Virus genome (UHGV): UHGV-0211178
Direction: 5' to 3' (one strand)
DNA from: a virus
Length of the DNA: 41,096 nucleotides
The notes under the pieces are model-generated. The model worked only from the letters and a program-made list of their open reading frames with translations. It did not search any database and was not told where the DNA came from. Below are positions 1 through 8,895 of this stretch, piece by piece (position 1 is the stretch's first letter; every line of letters starts with the position of its first letter). Position numbers and translations under genes: made by a program.

Positions 1-73
1 GTTGCCTGTGTTATAGTTGCCTGTGTTATAGTTGCCTGTGTTATAGTTGCCTGTGTTATAGTTGCCTGTGTTA
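1..73. repeat. 15-bp tandem repeat GTTGCCTGTGTTATA (about 4.9 copies), encodes YNTGN on the minus strand
   Basis: Directly visible in the sequence. Confidence 0.98.
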
Positions 74-399
74 AAAAATCCTGTATTACCATTTTTTAAA
101 CCACGCATCACATCAAGTTCTTCACCGATAATTTCACGGACAATTTTAATTTTATTGCTGCCGCACTTTTCACCGTCCGAAACTTCCGCGCCGACAATCT
201 CTATTTCACAAAAACGATTGTTTTCAGAAGGATTCGCCGAATAATAATTATGTACTTTTTTCAAGCTGTCACAATAATGAAACACTGTATCACTGCAAAG
301 CAATATTTTATTATCAGGTGCGCCCGTTTCATATGTTTTGCCCACTTCAAATTGAAATCCTCTGCATTTTAAATCTTTGTCAAATCCTTTTATTTTCAT
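1..399 (-). CDS. 5' part of a phage protein with an N-terminal KGFDKDLKCRGFQFEVG (DUF7666-like) domain and NTG[N/D]x pentapeptide repeats; continues at 41096..40629
   Basis: Manual translation from ATG 399 (RBS GGAGGA): MKIKGFDKDLKCRGFQFEVGKTYETG...KNGNTGFFNTGNYNTGNY..., open to the window edge. Absent from the ORF track. Confidence 0.88.
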   Translation of the reverse strand, partial: MKIKGFDKDLKCRGFQFEVGKTYETGAPDNKILLCSDTVFHYCDSLKKVHNYYSANPSENNRFCEIEIVGAEVSDGEKCGSNKIKIVREIIGEELDVMRGLKNGNTGFFNTGNYNTGNYNTGNYNTGNYNTGN

Positions 400-565
400 T
401 TCTCTTCCTCCGTTTCCGTTTCACATACACCGTGCACGCATCTCCCGGTTCCGGGCTTATCAAAATCCGGGCATGTCCGGTTATGCTTGCATAGTCGCAT
501 TTTATCCCATATCCCGAAAACAAGCTGTGCCCGGTTCGGTATATGCATGTTTCGCATTTACTCAT
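380..565 (-). CDS. Small Cys-rich phage protein (CxxC...C...C)
   Basis: 61-aa ORF, RBS AGGAG upstream, tightly packed in the early operon. Confidence 0.75.
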   Translation of the reverse strand: MSKCETCIYRTGHSLFSGYGIKCDYASITGHARILISPEPGDACTVYVKRKRRKRNENKRI

Positions 566-577
566 TTTTACATTCTC

Positions 578-796
578 CTATGATAGCAGTTCTCTTTGTT
601 TGATGCTTGTTTCCTCTCTGGTGGACATTCCACATTTGCACGCATAATACGCATTTGCCAAAAAAACCGCCGTTATATAATCTTTTTGTGTCAAACTCAA
701 ACAATCCCCACACATGTGCTTTATTGCTTTATCTTCCGATTCGGCAAATTCGTCTGCATAAATATTTGCAAGTTTCATAATCTCTTGCCTTGTCAT
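578..796 (-). CDS. Hypothetical phage protein
   Basis: The start at ATG 796 overlaps the VRR-NUC stop (ATGA coupling); MTRQEIMKLAN... Confidence 0.7.
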   Translation of the reverse strand: MTRQEIMKLANIYADEFAESEDKAIKHMCGDCLSLTQKDYITAVFLANAYYACKCGMSTREETSIKQRELLS

Positions 797-1110
797 ATTC
801 CGCAAATCCTCCGTGCTTCTGTTACCGAATATGCCACACCGCCTCCGCACCCGTAAAACCTTTTCATTGTAGAAAGAAAATTATTTTGTTCAACAGTCGG
901 CTTGTTCGGATAAACCTTTGTTTCGATAAAATATATCTTTCCGTCCTTTATGGCGAACAAGTCAGAGAATCCCTTTGGGAGCCCGGTATCAAAATATCTC
1001 GTTTTACCATGTTCGATAATTTTGATTTTCCCGACATTCGCACGAAACACACAAAATCCTTTGTGTCCTAAATCCTCTTGTATTGCTTTCATCAAATCCT
1101 GTTCGTTCAT
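793..1110 (-). CDS. VRR-NUC domain nuclease
   Basis: Motifs E..L...I, FRANVG, GLPKGFSDL, FIETK, PTVEQ (PD-(D/E)xK); adjacent to the helicase. Confidence 0.93.
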   Translation of the reverse strand: MNEQDLMKAIQEDLGHKGFCVFRANVGKIKIIEHGKTRYFDTGLPKGFSDLFAIKDGKIYFIETKVYPNKPTVEQNNFLSTMKRFYGCGGGVAYSVTEARRICGI

Positions 1111-2474
1111 CCTATAAACCTCCTCACCATATAATGATACTTGTCCGGGACAGGTATCCCCAATTCAATACATTTTCTCAGCGTCCACATAAATTTATAT
1201 TTCTTTGCCTTTCTGAAATTTTCCATCTGTTCAAAGCTTGTACACTTTTTGTAGTCATTATATGGGAGGTTCTTCAGGTCCTCCGCTCTTATACGTTCCA
1301 GTTCCGCCTCAATATTCTCGGGAGTTTCAGTTTCGCGTTGCTGCACATCAAATATATGTCCGCATCGATAACATCTCTTTTCTGTATTCTTTAGAATTGT
1401 GAAGCATATCGGGCATTCCTTCACTTTTACTTCACTCTGCTGTTTTTTCTTGTTTGCTTCAAGCGTCCACTCCCTGTCATCATCAGGCAAGCCATGTCTG
1501 TATACATTTCCCACATGGTCTATGATAATCGCCGTCTTGCCTTCTTTATATCTCATTGAACGCATGGACTGCTGTATATGCAGTGTCAATGACATTGTCG
1601 GGCGAAGAAGAATCACACATTCACAGTCCGGTACATCAAAGCCTTCGCCAAACAAGTCAACATTTGACAGAACGTCAATTTCACCGTTACGAAACCGCCG
1701 TATGGTTTCGGCTCTCAGATTCTCATTTGTTTTCCCGTCCAGATGCGCGGCTCTGATTCCTTCCTTGCGAAATTCTTCAATTGTGTTTTTGCTTGCCTCA
1801 ATAGATGCGCAATATATAATGGTTTTCTTTCCTTCTGCTTTTTTGTGATATGTTTTCAAAACTTCTCCGTATATGTACCGCTGTTCCATAAGTTCCGATA
1901 CGTCTGATGATATATATTCCCCTGCACGCGTTTTAAGCTTGTCCGTGTTCACCAGTTTGACAGAGTAATATTCATAAGGTGCAAGATAGTTGTGTTCGAT
2001 AAGCCACGATGTTGTCACGCCTGTCACCATTGATTCAAAAACCTCACCAAGTCCGCCGTAGTTCAGCCGTACCGGCGTTGCCGTAAAACCAAGCCGCAGT
2101 GCCTTTTTATAATATTCATATATTTTCATATAACTGTTTGACAATGCATGATGGCATTCATCTGTAATTATTACCGACGGCTCCCATGAGCCTTGTCCCA
2201 GCCTTCTTGCCACGGTCTGCACCATCTGTATCCGGCAAAGGTTTAAGTCCACTCCGCATCTCACAAAGGTGTCGGCAATCTGTGCACACAATTCTTTTCT
2301 GTGGACTATAAACAACACTCTGTTGCCTCGGTCGGTTGCGGATTTTGCTATCATTGCCTGTATAACCGATTTTCCGCCGCCGCACCCCAACACTGCCACA
2401 ACCGCCCTATGACCTTTTTTTATCTCTTCACGAATGTTTTGTATCAGCTCCGTCTGATACGGACGCAATTCCAT
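1107..2474 (-). CDS. SF2 DEAD/DEAH-box helicase with C-terminal Zn ribbon
   Basis: LRPYQ, GCGGGKS, DECHH, GFTATP, EGFDVP, CPIC...CYRC. Likely start MELRPYQ at 2474. Confidence 0.95.
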   Translation of the reverse strand: MELRPYQTELIQNIREEIKKGHRAVVAVLGCGGGKSVIQAMIAKSATDRGNRVLFIVHRKELCAQIADTFVRCGVDLNLCRIQMVQTVARRLGQGSWEPSVIITDECHHALSNSYMKIYEYYKKALRLGFTATPVRLNYGGLGEVFESMVTGVTTSWLIEHNYLAPYEYYSVKLVNTDKLKTRAGEYISSDVSELMEQRYIYGEVLKTYHKKAEGKKTIIYCASIEASKNTIEEFRKEGIRAAHLDGKTNENLRAETIRRFRNGEIDVLSNVDLFGEGFDVPDCECVILLRPTMSLTLHIQQSMRSMRYKEGKTAIIIDHVGNVYRHGLPDDDREWTLEANKKKQQSEVKVKECPICFTILKNTEKRCYRCGHIFDVQQRETETPENIEAELERIRAEDLKNLPYNDYKKCTSFEQMENFRKAKKYKFMWTLRKCIELGIPVPDKYHYMVRRFIG

Positions 2475-2499
2475 GTTTTTCACCTTCTTTTTCATGTTT

Positions 2500-2762
2500 G
2501 GCTTACATTATTTTTTCTGTTAGTAAGCCGAAAACAGCCTTCAAAACCGCATAAATACTATGGAACTTACAAACTTACATATTTTTCCCGTTTATACATT
2601 TATATTTTGCTCATTTTTTTAGGTTACGCGCACGCATATGTAGATATATATGTAAGACATGTAAGTTTGTAAGACTATATATAAAGAGCCCTGATTTCAA
2701 GCCGTTTTCACTCTCGAAAAAAGTCTTACAAAGGTCTTGCATTTTTATTTGATGTAAGACTT
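2500..2762. other. Putative phage replication origin with CTTACA/TGTAAG iterons
   Basis: Non-coding gap downstream of the DUF927 gene with multiple CTTACA/TGTAAG copies. A perfect 15-bp inverted repeat (2566-2580 / 2659-2673) surrounds an AT-rich core. Confidence 0.7.
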
Positions 2763-2768
2763 TAAGCA

Positions 2769-4613
2769 TTACAATTTTACAATCTCGTCCCATGTCATGC
2801 CCTGCGTTATATCAAGTTCAGCAAGTTTTATATAATTACCTTTTGCTCCCCAACATTTTGTTTGATGCACATACCGCCCCTGTGAATTTAAAATCAGGTA
2901 TCCTTTTTGTGCCCAGTCCTTTTTTACAGTATCAAAAGAAAAACCGTTCAAATCCATCTGCCGACACAGCACATCTTTATTTATAAGTATCTCGCCGCCT
3001 TCTGCCTTTCCCCATATTTCGCCTGCCGAATTGGCAGAAAACTTGTTTACATTCACGGCACACAGGTTCATTGCAAAGTTATATGCACGCTCCGATATGT
3101 CCACTTCCTTTGCACTTTTCAGAAATCTTTTTACATCTTCAACACGAAGCGGTTCCGTTTCAAAAAAATATTCGGAGCTTATTTTGTCGGCAAGCAATAC
3201 CAAAGCCATTGACATTGCCTGTTTGTCGGTGGTGTCGCATTTTTTCGTGATTTCGTCCGTTATCTGTCGGTATGTTTCTTTGAGCTCACCGTTTTTGTCC
3301 AGGGCTCTTACCATTCTGACATAATCATATCCCATTGTCCCGTAATGTTCGTCCAGATACGCCACAATCTCATTGCCGCGCCTTCCGCCCAATATGTCCA
3401 GACCGGTGCAATCAACCTCTATAACCCTGTTTTTCGCTCCGCCTCCGCTGTTTTCTTTGGTGATTGGTTCTTCACCCGTAAACAGAAATGACGTCGCCCA
3501 GGTTTTTGGTTTTTCCATTTTGTTATAGTACATGCGTTCTCTTCCCATGCCTTCGGTTACAGACATTATGAGTTTGTCATATGTTTCGCCGTTTTGGCGT
3601 ATGGTTTGCAATTCGTCTGCGGCATACGGGAGATTATTCAAAAAACCTGCATTGGTAGTGCATTTATTGACGGTTGTGTCCATAATACGCGTCACGTGCC
3701 CCAGTGTGGGGCGTCCCCACACTGACATAGCGGCAATCATGCCTACAGTTTTTCCGGCTCCGGATTTGCCCCAATAGTGCATTATAAACGGCAGGGCGTT
3801 CACCCGTTTTATCAGCGGCGCCGCCAGTGACGCACCGAATTGCAGCCGTACATATATGTTTTCTCGCAATGGCTTTACAAAATCCAGCCACTCATGATAT
3901 CCGCCCTTTTCTCCAAAGGCATTGTAGTAGTGCCTAAACTGTTCTTCACCGTCAAATTTTATATTGTCATACGGTACAAAATCGTCACCGTGCCAGCCAA
4001 GCTTGTCCGTAGCGTCAAACTTCGGTATAACGTCACGGTTATATGTCAACAAATCGGCAAGATATTTTACAAATAATTTGGCATTGTCAGAATTTACACC
4101 TATGCCGCGGTCGGCAAGGTCTACGATTTTTGTACTGCTTGCGATTACTGACAACGGTACAAGGAAGCTTTGCCAGTGCATATCACTGTAATATGCGATT
4201 CTTGCCTTTTGTGTACCTTCATCAATATTGTTTAATATTTCCGTTATCAGCGTCGGGACGGTGGTTGCATATTTTGCCTCGAAACCCCCGTCCTTTTGGT
4301 TGTATACGTCCTTTCTCACACCGGAACTGTCACAGACCCACTCGCCGCAATTCAGCCGTATCGGCTGGTCTATGAACTGCGTAACGTTGCCCTTTGGTAT
4401 GTTCTGCGTTGCCAGGCGGAATTTATATTGTTTCAGCATGTTTTTAAACTGTGATGTTACACTCAGGTTTTTCGCCTGTTCCAGACAGCGGCACTCCAAT
4501 TCGGTTCGCACCAGCTGGTCATCTTCTTCGAAAATCTTGATAAGTGTTTCAATTCTCAAAAGCTCCATTGCTGTCATGCGGGGTATTTCTTCAAAAAAGT
4601 TTGTATTGTTCAT
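2769..4613 (-). CDS. DUF927-family replicative helicase (Cch-like ATPase)
   Basis: Walker A GKSGAGKT, DELQ, GMGRER, FTGEEPI, GGAKNRVIEV, LGWHG. Confidence 0.88.
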   Translation of the reverse strand: MNNTNFFEEIPRMTAMELLRIETLIKIFEEDDQLVRTELECRCLEQAKNLSVTSQFKNMLKQYKFRLATQNIPKGNVTQFIDQPIRLNCGEWVCDSSGVRKDVYNQKDGGFEAKYATTVPTLITEILNNIDEGTQKARIAYYSDMHWQSFLVPLSVIASSTKIVDLADRGIGVNSDNAKLFVKYLADLLTYNRDVIPKFDATDKLGWHGDDFVPYDNIKFDGEEQFRHYYNAFGEKGGYHEWLDFVKPLRENIYVRLQFGASLAAPLIKRVNALPFIMHYWGKSGAGKTVGMIAAMSVWGRPTLGHVTRIMDTTVNKCTTNAGFLNNLPYAADELQTIRQNGETYDKLIMSVTEGMGRERMYYNKMEKPKTWATSFLFTGEEPITKENSGGGAKNRVIEVDCTGLDILGGRRGNEIVAYLDEHYGTMGYDYVRMVRALDKNGELKETYRQITDEITKKCDTTDKQAMSMALVLLADKISSEYFFETEPLRVEDVKRFLKSAKEVDISERAYNFAMNLCAVNVNKFSANSAGEIWGKAEGGEILINKDVLCRQMDLNGFSFDTVKKDWAQKGYLILNSQGRYVHQTKCWGAKGNYIKLAELDITQGMTWDEIVKL

Positions 4614-4627
4614 AGCTTTTCACACTC

Positions 4628-5236
4628 TTAAAACGGCAGGTCGTCTTCATCAAATTCATCTCCGGCAACGGGGGTAAGGCTGTCAAACAGATTTTGGGTG
4701 TTGCTCAGAGAATCAAGCCTGCTTTTGTCATCTTCCGGTATTTTAAATTCGCCTTTTTTTATAGATTCGGTACTGCGTATGTATCGCGGTTTTGCCCAAT
4801 GCGCCGGTTTTCCGTTATCTCCGATAAAATACTCATGTCCAAAAACAACCCCCACCAATCTGCCTTTAAAAAACTTTGCAAAATCTTTTCCCCATGCGTC
4901 ATTTATCACGAACCCCACATTGGATTTCTCAACAGCAGAAATAAAGCCTTTAAAACTTCTGCTCGCCTGTTTTGTGGTAGTGTCCGACACCAACGTCCAA
5001 TATATACACTTCCATTTAGCCTTTGCAGGGTCTTGCTGTGCCTTGTATCTTTGAGTAAAATATCCCTTATATTCTCCCTCATAGATGTCAAGGTAAACTG
5101 CAATCATATCATCACCGTTTCTGCTTTTGGTTTCTTCAAGTTTTACGATTTGGCATATGTATCCGCCTTTCGGAAGCACCTCCTGCGATTCATATACTTG
5201 TACTTCGTCATATCCTGCCGGTTTATTCATTTTCAT
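4628..5236 (-). CDS. Phage single-stranded DNA-binding protein (DUF669/gp2.5-like)
   Basis: LPKGGYIC start motif, acidic DEDDLPF C-terminus, directly downstream of the Sak4-like ATPase. Confidence 0.75.
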   Translation of the reverse strand: MKMNKPAGYDEVQVYESQEVLPKGGYICQIVKLEETKSRNGDDMIAVYLDIYEGEYKGYFTQRYKAQQDPAKAKWKCIYWTLVSDTTTKQASRSFKGFISAVEKSNVGFVINDAWGKDFAKFFKGRLVGVVFGHEYFIGDNGKPAHWAKPRYIRSTESIKKGEFKIPEDDKSRLDSLSNTQNLFDSLTPVAGDEFDEDDLPF

Positions 5237-5882
5237 TTTCCTCACTTTCATTCAGGTTATAGTATTCTCTTATCTTGCTGTCAACCATTTTCAGGTCATT
5301 GTCAATTTCCTGCGCGTCAAACATGTCCGGCGGCGATTTACAAACATCACATTCGTCCGTGTTAGTCTTATTAGTCCTAAATATATACTTACCATCACTG
5401 TACATGCTTCTAATGGCAATTGTAAATGAACCCTCAACGCACCATTTTTCATCCAACAACTTGCCGATTGTTTTTGGTTTTATTTCTCCTGTATCGTTTT
5501 TTTCTTCATGCATAATGACATAAACAATTTTATCATCAGGAAGCCTTCTTGATATAAAATCTATTAGATCCCAAAAATTATCGGCAAGTTGATTATAAAA
5601 CTGAAAAATTGCATTTCCGCCCCCGGATATCGAGTGGTTACGCATAAACTGATTTACAATTAAATATCCGGCATCATCTATAACAATTGTTTTCATAAGC
5701 GTTTTTTCAAGCGCATTTTTTACTTTTTTATAATCATCTGTATAATATGTAGGAATCTTGTTTCGGAATGGCAAAGGCTTGTTTAACACATTGATAATTG
5801 CAACTTCTCCCGGTTTGAAATTCCGCATGCTTGTACTCTTTCCGCTTCCCGATTTTCCCATTATTAAAACCGGTACTCCCAT
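5223..5882 (-). CDS. Sak4-like (AAA_24) recombination ATPase
   Basis: VLIMGKSGSGKSTS, IVIDD, KTIGKLLD, KSP..MF; lies between Gp157 and SSB. Confidence 0.85.
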   Translation of the reverse strand: MGVPVLIMGKSGSGKSTSMRNFKPGEVAIINVLNKPLPFRNKIPTYYTDDYKKVKNALEKTLMKTIVIDDAGYLIVNQFMRNHSISGGGNAIFQFYNQLADNFWDLIDFISRRLPDDKIVYVIMHEEKNDTGEIKPKTIGKLLDEKWCVEGSFTIAIRSMYSDGKYIFRTNKTNTDECDVCKSPPDMFDAQEIDNDLKMVDSKIREYYNLNESEENENE

Positions 5883-5887
5883 AAAAA

Positions 5888-6367
5888 TCACCTCACTGTT
5901 AAATTATTTCTTTCAATCAATTTTGCATATGGTATTTTTTCACCATTTGTCATGGCTTCCTTTATCATTTTTTTGTCCGGCTCCGGGAGTTCGCGCCTCA
6001 AAAAACATTCCATCTTGTTTTTTGTTGCCCATTCTACAAATTTCTCATCAAGTTCAATTGCTTTGCTCTTACGGTAAAACATCTGAATTTTCCCTGTTTC
6101 AAACTTCTGACCGCCAAGGGTAAAATCCAACAAAATTTTAAGCTGTTCCGCCTTTGATTCTGCTTTTGCTTTGCGCTCCTGAAGTACTTTAATTTCATTC
6201 TGCAGGGCTTGTGTATCAGATATCAGATTTTTGTACCACAGCCCTATATTTTCTATTTTGTCTTTTCTGCTTATTTCCAGTGCCGCTATTCTCTCAACAT
6301 CTATAATCTCGCCTGTTTCATCATCAACGCATGATTCAATTTCGCGGTCAATTTCATACAAATTCAT
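5888..6367 (-). CDS. Siphovirus Gp157 family protein
   Basis: MNLYEID...DETGEI...KIENI, coiled coil, RKS.A, PDKK.IK.A. Confidence 0.88.
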   Translation of the reverse strand: MNLYEIDREIESCVDDETGEIIDVERIAALEISRKDKIENIGLWYKNLISDTQALQNEIKVLQERKAKAESKAEQLKILLDFTLGGQKFETGKIQMFYRKSKAIELDEKFVEWATKNKMECFLRRELPEPDKKMIKEAMTNGEKIPYAKLIERNNLTVR

Positions 6368-6669
6368 GCCAATCCTCCTGTCAAAAAGTATTCTCCGTTC
6401 CCGGTTACCATTATAAGCAGTTTATCACCATATTGGAGCAATTGTGTTTTTACACTGTAAAACTTCTCAATCGTACTCATACAGCAGCGCAGGCGCCTGT
6501 ACAACTCTGTTGCATTGCTCAGCCATAATTCTGAACTGTCCAGCATTTCAAGATACTTCAAATATCCTTGCCTGTTTATAATTTCAAGGTGCATTTCAAG
6601 CCCTTTTATACATGCATCGGTTTTTACGCCCAACTCGGTTTTATAAAATTCTGCTTTGTTTATTTTCAT
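6364..6669 (-). CDS. Hypothetical phage protein
   Basis: 101-aa ORF with RBS GAGGTG; overlaps the Gp157 start. Confidence 0.75.
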   Translation of the reverse strand: MKINKAEFYKTELGVKTDACIKGLEMHLEIINRQGYLKYLEMLDSSELWLSNATELYRRLRCCMSTIEKFYSVKTQLLQYGDKLLIMVTGNGEYFLTGGLA

Positions 6670-6673
6670 ATTC

Positions 6674-6835
6674 TCACCTCTCCAACAAATATTCGTCCGT
6701 CATGTCATCATCGCAGTCATATATGCATGCCAAATCGTCCTCACACTCAATGTCATCACAGTCCATACCATAATTCCCGGTGCGCTGACGTTCCAGTTCT
6801 GCCAATGCATCTATACTTGTATTTGAATAAATCAT
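6674..6835 (-). CDS. Small highly acidic, Cys-containing protein (53 aa)
   Basis: Manual translation MIYSNTSIDALAELERQRTGNYGMDCDDIECEDDLACIYDCDDDMTDEYLLER; RBS GGAG; fills an operon gap. Confidence 0.7.
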   Translation of the reverse strand: MIYSNTSIDALAELERQRTGNYGMDCDDIECEDDLACIYDCDDDMTDEYLLER

Positions 6836-6858
6836 AAATTCCACACTCCGTATTATTT

Positions 6859-7026
6859 TTATTTTAATACTTGACCTTTGCGGTCTGTTGTGATATACTG
6901 TAGTTGAATGTTTTTGTTTAGTCCGTTGCCGGTTGCCGCCGCCTCGGACTTTTTTCTTTTACAGTCACAGCTCTCACCCGGGTCAAGACTTGCTCCGCAC
7001 CACGGGCATGTGTTGTAATACGCCAT
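6859..7026 (-). CDS. Small Zn-ribbon protein, CPxCGAxLDPGExCDC type (55 aa)
   Basis: Manual translation MAYYNTCPWCGASLDPGESCDCKRKK...; RBS GGAGG. The motif recurs in clostridial phage early regions. Confidence 0.8.
   Translation of the reverse strand: MAYYNTCPWCGASLDPGESCDCKRKKSEAAATGNGLNKNIQLQYITTDRKGQVLK
6871..6899 (+). promoter_or_regulatory. SigmaA-type promoter antisense to the early operon
   Basis: TTGACC-N17-TATACT with extended TG. Confidence 0.65.
6905..6960 (+). ncRNA. Candidate ~55-nt antisense small RNA
   Basis: Lies between the promoter above and a hairpin AGTCCG...CGGACT followed by TTTTTCTTTT. Confidence 0.45.
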
Positions 7027-7029
7027 TTC

Positions 7030-7419
7030 TCATTCCTCCTTGTATTCTTCCAATTCACTGCATTCTTCCACTCTGTGAAACTTGTTGCATATCCAAACTA
7101 CACAGGACACGCCTTTTTTTAACCATTTACTTGTATATTTACTGTACAGTATGAGCGATACCGCGTGATAAAGCAGTTGTATACCGATACGGTCATCTAT
7201 ATGAGCTTTTAAGCTTCCGCACCATAACGGCCAGCAAGAGTAGTCAAGGTCTGCGTCCCGAAGGTCTGCGTCCCGAAGGTTTGCGCCCTCAAGGTTTGCG
7301 CCCTCAAGGTCTGCGCCCTCAAGGTCTGCGCCCTCAAGGTTTGCACACTCACTGCCTTCTTCATTATTCAGCCACTTGCGGTGCTTTTCCAGAATCTCAT
7401 CAAGTTTTTTCTGTTCCAT
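7030..7419 (-). CDS. A[D/N]Lxx pentapeptide-repeat protein
   Basis: ILEKHRKWL lead-in, ANLEG ADLEG ADLEG ANLEG ANLRD ADLRD ADL, then WPLWCGS. Confidence 0.9.
   Translation of the reverse strand: MEQKKLDEILEKHRKWLNNEEGSECANLEGADLEGADLEGANLEGANLRDADLRDADLDYSCWPLWCGSLKAHIDDRIGIQLLYHAVSLILYSKYTSKWLKKGVSCVVWICNKFHRVEECSELEEYKEE
7246..7344. repeat. 15-bp coding tandem repeat (7 units) in the pentapeptide gene
   Basis: AAGGTYTGC every 15 bp from 7246 to 7336. Confidence 0.95.
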
Positions 7420-7422
7420 TTC

Positions 7423-7680
7423 TCATTCCTCCCACACCGGGACATTGATTGTCTGCCCCGTATATATTACGCAATCTTCTATGCCGTTTTGATTGGCTAT
7501 GTCATACACCGTGTACCGGTAGTCTTTATCATTCGGTGTAATCTTCCGCGATATGCTGTCCAACGTGTCGCCGCGCTGTACTGTGTACTCTGCATACCTC
7601 ACAGGCTTGTCCCTTGTCCTGTGCCCCGACAGAAGCACCGCTCCTGTCACGATTAAAACTATGGCTATGTATTTTTTCAT
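7423..7680 (-). CDS. Membrane-anchored LysM protein (YneA-like architecture)
   Basis: Hydrophobic N-terminus, YTVQRGDTLDSIS...NGI...IYTGQTINVP. Confidence 0.88.
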   Translation of the reverse strand: MKKYIAIVLIVTGAVLLSGHRTRDKPVRYAEYTVQRGDTLDSISRKITPNDKDYRYTVYDIANQNGIEDCVIYTGQTINVPVWEE

Positions 7681-7693
7681 GTGTTTTCCTCCT

Positions 7694-8617
7694 TTATTTA
7701 TCGGTTACAATCGTGTTCGCGCCCTGTACAGTAACCCAACCATGTGCCTTGCGTGCGTCCAGTTCCCATTTTTTAAGCAGCTTGTCCGTAATCTGCTCCG
7801 ACTTTATACGGTAGCTTTCAGCCTCTGCCTGTGCCGAAATAACCATTGCGTCCGCGTCTGCCTGTGCTTGAATCTTCTTTGTCTGTGCCTCCACATTCGC
7901 CTTTTCCTGGTTGGCTTTTGCCATGTCCACGGCTTTTTGGTTCTCAATAGCCTGTTTTTCGGCTTCCTGTCTTGCAATCTGCTTGTCCGCAATAGCTTTG
8001 TTATAGCTTTCTTCAAAATCCATGCTGTCTATTGTGACCTTCAACACAGATACCGTGTCCGCGCCGTATTTTTCTTTTATGGCTTTTTCCAGTGCCGTTT
8101 TGGTTGCCGATTCAATTTTTGTACGGTCGGTGACACTGTCAGACTTCAAAGAAATCATCGCCGACTTCACAGCAGAATTGACCAGTGTCTGAGGGATAAG
8201 ATTCTGCGTATAATTGCTGACATTCGCATAAATGTATGAGGAACTGTCCGCATTGATTTGATATGTAACAATTACATTGTCAGCCCACACGACTGTTTTG
8301 TCGCTTGCCTCGCCCCAAATCTGCCCCTCGTATTTTTTGTCCTGTTGCTTATTATTTACTTTACTGATTCGCTGAATAATCGGGATTTTAAAATTAAATC
8401 CGTTTTTCAAAACCGTGTTGTCTATCTGCCCGAAGGTTGTTTTGACCCCCGTATATCCTGTCGGAATTATCGTGAATGACCCCGACAAAACTACAAGCAC
8501 CACACCTGCAATCACGGCTGAAACCGCCGTACGCTTTTTTACTTGCTCTGTCTTATATGCCGCTATCCCCAACGCCGCTACTGCCGCCGCAACTACTATA
8601 ATTATTAAAATTAACAT
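7694..8617 (-). CDS. SPFH/Band-7 (prohibitin-family) membrane protein
   Basis: Two TM helices, IIPTGYTGVKTTFG, GFNFKIP, AIADKQIA and an AEA-rich coiled coil. Confidence 0.92.
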   Translation of the reverse strand: MLILIIIVVAAAVAALGIAAYKTEQVKKRTAVSAVIAGVVLVVLSGSFTIIPTGYTGVKTTFGQIDNTVLKNGFNFKIPIIQRISKVNNKQQDKKYEGQIWGEASDKTVVWADNVIVTYQINADSSSYIYANVSNYTQNLIPQTLVNSAVKSAMISLKSDSVTDRTKIESATKTALEKAIKEKYGADTVSVLKVTIDSMDFEESYNKAIADKQIARQEAEKQAIENQKAVDMAKANQEKANVEAQTKKIQAQADADAMVISAQAEAESYRIKSEQITDKLLKKWELDARKAHGWVTVQGANTIVTDK

Positions 8618-8658
8618 TTTTTCTTCCTCCTTTATGGCTTGTCCCTGTCAGGGCTATA

Positions 8659-8877
8659 TTAGCCCTGCGACTCTTGTTCTCTGCGCTTTTTTGCCTCAAT
8701 CCTTCTCCTGCAACCTTCCAAAAATTCGGCAAGTTCATTTATGTTCTTCTGCCGTTCTTCCGGGTCAGGGTGGGGATTCCCGACAATTGTGACTTTACCG
8801 CCTGTCGGGTAAACTTTTTCTTGTACTATCCTATCTTCCGTAAGTTCTACTACAGTAAAACCTTCAAGTGCTTTCAT
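8659..8877 (-). CDS. Hypothetical phage protein
   Basis: RBS AGGAGG then ATG 8877 (MKALEGF...). Confidence 0.75.
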   Translation of the reverse strand: MKALEGFTVVELTEDRIVQEKVYPTGGKVTIVGNPHPDPEERQKNINELAEFLEGCRRRIEAKKRREQESQG

Positions 8878-8895
8878 AATAACACCTCCTATCAC

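Noticed and set aside
1..73. Ends as physical terminal repeats or telomeres
   Set aside because: They lie mid-gene in an early ORF far from terS; an assembly break in a tandem repeat is more parsimonious.
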